Both the position numbers and the translations under genes were made by a program. Positions 57,600 through 64,000 of a stretch of 64,000 nucleotides of DNA are shown here, one piece after another; position 1 is the stretch's first letter, and each line of letters starts with the position of its first letter. The DNA comes from the human T2T-CHM13v2.0 reference genome, Homo sapiens, in assembly GCA_009914755.4 (NCBI GenBank), contig CP068257.2, positions 20,032,001 through 20,096,000 of the forward strand, in the 5' to 3' direction. The notes beneath the pieces were generated by a model that was given only the letters and a program-made list of their open reading frames with translations, was not told the origin of the DNA and searched no databases.

Positions 57600-59433
57600 T
57601 GCTAAATATTTCAGTCAAGGAACATCTCCATTTTGCTCAGATGGTAACAAAGCTTACATGACATTTTCCCAGAAGCCATGCCTAGTCAATGTCACCAACT
57701 TGTTTGACAGGAAGTGTGCCATTACCATGCTTACAAGCAGCATAGATCAGGTTGACCATCTGTCTTCTTTCTTGTAGAGGTGAATGCCCTCCCATCATTG
57801 AGGACAGGTGGCTGAGCTGCTGCTTTCATCATTTATTTCCAAGTACTGATATGCATGATCCCATAGGTAGCTGAAGTAGGGGCAAGCAAAATAAATAAGT
57901 AAATAAATAATAAAGCTTTATGAAAAAGAAAAACAGGTTATAGGATAAAGCTTCATTTGTGCAAAATATTTATATAATGAACTATATGTGCATTTTTATA
58001 TTTTAAAAATGCATACTATAGATGCATTTTTAAATGTTTCACCCATTACACTTGTTACAGAGCTTTGCATATTATAGGTATTCTGTATGTATGTATGGAA
58101 AGAGTGCTTAAATCTACTGTTAAAATAATACATGAAACAATCAAAAACCGTATGTCATATATAATAATATAACATTATTTCAAAATTAAATGTTGCCCCA
58201 AAACCCCATGAAAGTAATTCTTTTGGACAAATTTTGCTGGAATAGGTTAGACTGAGTAGAAAACATTTCACAAAAATATTACGGGGTTCTTATTTACCCA
58301 TGAACATTGATGGAGGGCTGAAAGAGAACAAAAAATATCAATGCCCATTTCATAAATTGCTGGAGAAATTTGCTATGAATATTGAAATCATGAGTTTTAT
58401 TATTCTTCTACTTCTCCTAATGCACATGCATATCCCATCTTTGGCTCACATTGTGAATATTCACTATTCTCAACTGATTTTTCTCAAAGAGTAAAAATCT
58501 AAAGGTGATATTTTTGGTTAAGGGTGTTATGAGAAAATCGAAATACTTCTTATATGATCAGATAAAATAAGAGGAAATCATGCAAATATAAAGTTTAATA
58601 ACATTTAGTAAAGCAATGTTCCTCTAAAGTTTAACTCTAAAGCTTAGAGTGTAGGAAGGAAAAATAATTTTCAAAATTTGCAAGAAAAATGGGTGCAACA
58701 ATATGGAAGTTTGTCTCTTTCTTCCCCCTTCTCCTCCTCCTCCTTCTCTTTCTCTTATTTTTCTCCTGCTTATTATGCTGTTCCTCCTCTGTCCCCTAGC
58801 ATTCTTGATTATCTACTGTTATGCGAAAAATATCCTATCAGATTTGATGAATAAATAACAGTAACATCTCTAATTTATGTATTTTTTACACTGTAAGAAA
58901 ATTGGCTGGCAGATTTTTATTTTAGATATCTTATTTTTGAGCATCTATAATATGGCACACAATGAATGTGCCTAATTAAGTGAACCAAAATGTTATTAAG
59001 AAGATGTAGTGAGTTTTTAATGACACTATTTCATGAAATATACTTCCTGTACACTACATCTCATTGAAATGTAAGAAAATTGTTCAATGAGTATATCATT
59101 CTACCTAGAACTTTTTTTTTTTGAGCTGGATTTAATGTGGTTAGGAATTTATTGCTTGTAAAACATATTTGTAATTCCTGGAATTAGTTCATTAATGTAT
59201 ACAGGTAATTCTCAAAAACAGAAAACAATTTGAATATCTATTAGGAAATATTATGGAGGAAACTGTATTTTAAAACCAGAGAGTAGAAAATTTAAGAGTG
59301 AATTAGATAGAATATATTGTTCTCTCACAGTATGTTTTTATATTATCAATTTTATTCCATTCATACCATTCTCTGTTCATAGACTGCAGTGTCCTCTGTC
59401 TGCTTCACACCCTACAGGACATACAAACATACT

Positions 59434-59736
59434 TCTTTTTTTTTTTTTTTTTTTTTTTGAGACAGAGTCTCCGTCTGTTGCGCGGGCTGGAGTGCAGTGG
59501 TACAATCTCGGCTCACTGCAACCTCCGCCTCCCAGGTTCAAGCAATTCTGTTGCCTCAGCCTCCCCAGTAGCTAGGATTACAGGCACCTGCCACCGCTCC
59601 CAGCTAATTTTTGTATTTTTAGTGGAGACAGGGTTTCACCATGTTGGCCGGGATGGTCCCGATCTCTTGACCTCGTGATCCGTCTGCCTCGGCCTCTCAA
59701 AGTGCTGGGATTACAGGTGTGAGCCACCGCTCCCAG
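59434..59736 (-). mobile_element. Alu (AluS/Y-like), reverse orientation, T25 tail
   Basis: A T25 run is followed by gagacagagtctccgtctgttgcgcgggctggagtgcagtggtacaatctcggctcactgcaacctccgcctcccaggttcaagcaattctgttgcctcagcctcc... and ends ...gtgctgggattacaggtgtgagccaccgctcccagg. Confidence 0.9.
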
Positions 59737-61344
59737 GCATACACTTTTGCATTAACATTCTACTTATCTACAGCATTAAGAAATGTCAGAGAGGATTCTT
59801 CCCTGAAGTATGTACCTTTTATTACATCATTACTTTTTAAAAACAGCATTTTAAGATTATTCAATCATTGGTATGCATTCCCATCACATTTATTTCTAGT
59901 TGTTTTGTTGCAAATTAGTATTGCACTAATATGCTTTCAATATCCCATAAAGTTTCTGCAGGGATCTCTTATGTACAGTAGTCCCTCCTTATTTGCAGTT
60001 TCATTTTCTGCAGATTTAGTTACCTGCAATCAAGTCCAAAAGTATTAAATGGAAAATTCTGGAAATAAGCAATTCATAGTTTTAAATTTCATGCGGTTCT
60101 GAGTAGTGGGATGAAATCTCACACCATCTATTTGGTTCTCCTCCATCACAAGAAGAAGAGTGAGTATAGTACAGTAAGATATGTTGAGAGAGAGAGAGAT
60201 CATATTCATGATCTCTTTTATTACAGAATGTTGTTATAATTGTTCTATTTTATTATTAGTTCTTACAGTTAATCTCTTCATGTGCCTAATTTATGAATTA
60301 AATTTTATCATAAGTATGTTAGTATAGAAAAAAATATAATACAGTTTATATAGGGTTCAGGACTATCTGAGGTAACAGGCATCTCCTGGAGGTCTTGGAA
60401 TGCATCCACCAAAGATAATGGGGGACTACTGTAATAGCCGTATTACCTTTTTTACAAGTGTTTTCTTACAGAGGTTGAAAATTTTTTTCAATGGCATTAA
60501 AATGTAGTATTTAATCTGCTTGAATTTCACAGATTTTTTTCAGATTTTGAGTAACTCATATTTCTATCGTATTAGAACATTAATATACGAGATGATCCCC
60601 GTTTTTAGTTCTTCACACACTCCCACCCAATCTGGCATAATTATTCACAGCTTCTTTTATCTTAGGAAGAGAAAGCACAACCTAGTTTCACGCATTCCTC
60701 ATTTTCTCCATAGAATATTTCATAATACTTGTTGAAAAAACATCATGTACTCTAAATTTCACCTAAGGATTCAAAATTATTTGGCCTTACTTAAAAGATA
60801 TTTAAGTATGCATTAAAGAAAAATAACTGCCGTGTTATAATAATACTTTCTGTGTTATTTTTGAAGCTTGGGAAATACACCTTTCTGAAAATTGAATTAT
60901 TTAATAATTTTCTTCTATTAAATTTTTAAAAAGTAACTGATAAAATGCAGCTGGGTGAGTTTTTTTATTAAAAGCCTTACAAACGATTGTTCAGATGTTA
61001 GTGATAGTTAAAACTGAATCAACTTTCAAATCAACAGAAAAATTACCTTAATAGATTATATACATAAAAATATAAACTGTTTCATAAGCCACCTGTCAAT
61101 CAATGATCACAGAAATGTTACTCACCAAAACAACCAAAATATTGGATACTTCCAAAGGCATTGGTAGTTCAGTGATAGAATTCTTGCCTAAATATTGGAA
61201 ACAGTTTTATTATCTGTTTTTATAATATTTTAGTCTGTTATTTTTCAACATTAAGAAATATAAAACTGAAGAAAGATTGCGTATCAACACAAAAGTCAGC
61301 ATGTCTTTTACATGAAAACTTTTTTTAAAAAATAAACATTTTGT

Positions 61345-61478
61345 TTCAGGCTTACATATGCAGGTTTGCTATATGGGTAAATGACCTGTGGCAAGGGTTT
61401 TGGTGTACAGTTAATAAGCATGGTACCTGACTGGTAGTTTTTTGGTCCTCAGCCTCCTCCCACCCGTCACCCTTAAGT
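61345..61478 (-). mobile_element. Old L1 3'-end fragment, antisense (tentative)
   Basis: ggcttacatatgcaggtttgctatatgggtaaatgacctgtggcaagggttttggtgtacagttaataagcatggtacctgactggtagtttttggtcctcagcctcctcccacccgtcaccc resembles the antisense of older L1 3' UTRs (acatgtgcaggtttgttacataggtaaa...tggtgtgctgcacc...agtatttctcctaatgctatccctcccc). Confidence 0.45.
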
Positions 61479-63062
61479 TATAATTTCTGAAAATTCTTTA
61501 GGTTTGCAAATCATTGATGTAGGAAAAATATTCTCCAAAAATTCCCTGATTCCATAAATCATTGTTCTTGAAGCCAAAAAAAGTAAACTGATCAAACCAC
61601 AGTTTTATATGATTGGAAAAATGTTCACTTGAACATTGACAAAATAAAGATTACCTAAGAGATTATATACTTTTAAAACTAAAAATATCACTTTAACCTT
61701 TCTCTTATTATTTATTTACACAACGTTATGAATCAAGATTCAGAGAATTAGTATTAGAAATCCATCCTCAGGATGTGCACGCCAGAACTGGTGAATCTGG
61801 GCTCTATTAAAACATATTACATTATTCAAGATGAACAGTCATGAATCACATGAATCATAAACTTAAATTTTTTAAAAGTTAGAAAAGAAAAAAATAATAA
61901 AGTACACATTTTGCCTATTTCTAATGTCTTTCCTTTATAGTTGTAAAGGGATATAAACTGTATGTTAGTTCATACATAGCCTATACGAACAAATAAAATA
62001 CTTCCAAAAATACATTGCATAGCTTAGTGTCTCCTGTGGCTATAATAATTCTTTATTTTGAAAAGAAAAAAACTTTTAACCTCTATAATGGAGTTTAATG
62101 GTTCAATGATTGAACCGCTGAAAGAGGCTGCTGAACTTGAAGCTATTATACTTGGTATTTCTGTGCTTTGTTTAGTGATGCTGGGACTGCATCTCAGCAA
62201 GACACATCTCTTTTTGTTTTACTCACCTTTCAATAGATTCTGTTAATAAGAAGACCCACAAGGAGATTGGAAGGCAGGAAGGTAGAGAAAGGACTGAATC
62301 TGTTTCATTTGTAAGCTGTTCCCAACAGCTTCTCCCCAGAAATTAACGTAAAAACCGGCAGTAGCTTCTTTCAGCTCACCCAAGGCTAGTCTCATGCATT
62401 CTCCCGCGAGGGGTGCCCGCAAGAGCCTGGTAACATCCTGTCCTGAAGGTCTTAGCCCCATTTCATGGGATCCCTTCTCCAATTTTCTAGGTTTCCAGAA
62501 CCCCAACTTCCTCCTGTTGCTCCTCTAGCCTGACATCTTTCTTTGTTACCTGAATGATTCTCTTTTGCTTTGTTAGCTTTCCAGCACCCATATAACAAAT
62601 TACACTAACTTACTTCTGTGAAAATACCTCATCTGGTTTCTGTTTTCTTGACTACATCTTTACCAAACAAACTATTCTTCTTTTCCTCCTTATTACACAT
62701 TTTCTCCTTTCCTCTCTGTCTTCCTGCCCTCCAGTGAGGCGTTAGGATCCTTCCCAACACATACTTGCACTCAAGTCATTATTCCAAACATTGCTCCTAG
62801 GAACACAAACTAAGAAATATCGTAAAAATATTCATGCAGACTGGTTCAAGTTTTGCTGCTTTCAAGATACAAAGGTAGTGCCTGGATATTTTGCAGCAGC
62901 AGCTATTTTGATTTTGATATTATGGGACATCTGAAGGGTAGTCAAAATTTTGTTTAACACATACTTGACTGAGTTTTAATCAGGTGTCTGGCACTGCTCA
63001 AAGTGTAGAAGGAACATAGGTAAAAGACAATCTGTTTTCAAAAGCCTAAGAAGGAAAAGAGG

Positions 63063-63132
63063 ATGGACTATATATATATATATATAAAATTTTTGTTTTG
63101 TTGTGTTTTGTTTTGTTTTGTTTTGTTTTGTT
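63063..63132. repeat. (TA)n followed by (TTTTG)n, the mutated poly-A tail of the adjacent reverse Alu
   Basis: tatatatatatatatataaaatttttgttttgttgtgttttgttttgttttgttttgttttgtttg. Confidence 0.8.
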
Positions 63133-63406
63133 TGAGACAGAGTCTCGCTCCATCGCCCAGGCTGAAGTGTGATCTCGGCTGACTGCAAGCTCTGCCTCCT
63201 GGGTTCATGCCATTCTCCTGCCTCAACCTCCCGAATAGCTGGGACTACAAGCGCCTGCCACCAGGCCCAGCTAATTTTTTGTATTTTTTAGTAGAGACGG
63301 GGTTTCACCGTGTTAGCCAGGATGGTCTCCATCTCCTGACCTCGTGATCCACCGCCTCGGCCTCCCAAAATGCTGGGATTACAGGCGTGAGCCACTGCGC
63401 CAGGCT
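63133..63406 (-). mobile_element. AluY-like element, reverse orientation, internal about 10-bp deletion, TSD aggatggactat
   Basis: gagacagagtctcgctccatcgcccaggctgaagtgtgatctcggct lacks the gcagtggcgc segment. It continues ...gcaagctctgcctcctgggttcatgccattctcctgcctc... and ends gcgtgagccactgcgccaggc. The flanks are aggatggactatat (63057-63070) and taggatggactatt (63406-63419). Confidence 0.9.
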
Positions 63407-64000
63407 AGGATGGACTATTTTTTAGCAGAAATTCTGGGAATCATGGCAGTGTGAGAAAATCGTGTTGTAAATTAATTATTATTTAAGTGATTATTAACAT
63501 AGGTGGAAATAATTCAAATAAAACATTTCTACTTATAGCTAATATGTTTCAGAACACAATGACGCTGAGGTTCAGGGGAATGATACGCTCATAGTTGTAA
63601 ATACTGCTTATTCACACTATTGAGGGCTACAATAATATTTAATTAATTTAATGTAATTTTAAGTAAATGTCGATTAAAATGTAAATTTTCGTTTTTAATG
63701 TTATTGTAGCCTCAATAGTGTGGATTTTTATGATGCTAGTTAATTTTTTAGATTAGAAAACGGGATTGAATTCTTAGAATATTTGTTTAATGATATATTT
63801 TTATTTGAGACATACTTAAGTCTAGATCCAGGTTTTCTCACTTCAAATACATTTTCTCTCAAACATAATTATTATCTTAAGGAAGATGTCTTACTGAGGC
63901 TCGTTTCTATCACATTATGCGGTTGACAGCTCTCCATGGGTCCTTCAGATGACCACATACAACAGCATATGACAGACACACTTCCGGCCACCAGCTTAAC

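Overview
This window is not prokaryotic. It is AT-rich primate nuclear DNA, human or great-ape-like, and roughly half of it is interspersed repeats. I could support no protein-coding exon, RNA gene, CRISPR array or operon-like system. There is no previously undescribed biological system here in the prokaryotic sense. The items most worth a second look are the composite L1 cluster, the 1.35 kb palindromic TATAC repeat and the unclassified 175 bp repeat pair, all ordinary mobile-element or repeat biology.

What I can see directly:
- Twelve Alu SINEs (AluJ, AluS and AluY-like), several with intact target-site duplications (TSDs).
- A 5.6 kb degraded L1 on the minus strand.
- A composite L1PA cluster with two internal inversion junctions at 40369-43800.
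- A 5'-truncated THE1-class endogenous retrovirus (ERVL-MaLR) with one LTR, plus one solo LTR.
- Several older MaLR-type LTR fragments.
- Microsatellites derived from Alu poly-A tails.
- A 1.35 kb palindromic (TATAC/TATAG)-rich low-complexity block.
- An unexplained 175 bp dispersed repeat pair.

The supplied ORF track assumes dense prokaryotic coding and does not apply. Every ORF over about 100 aa is either an L1 ORF2 remnant, a THE1-internal remnant, or noise from repeats and low-complexity sequence. All coordinates are read by eye from the printed sequence, so expect errors of about 5 bp. I computed no GC content, alignment or database search.
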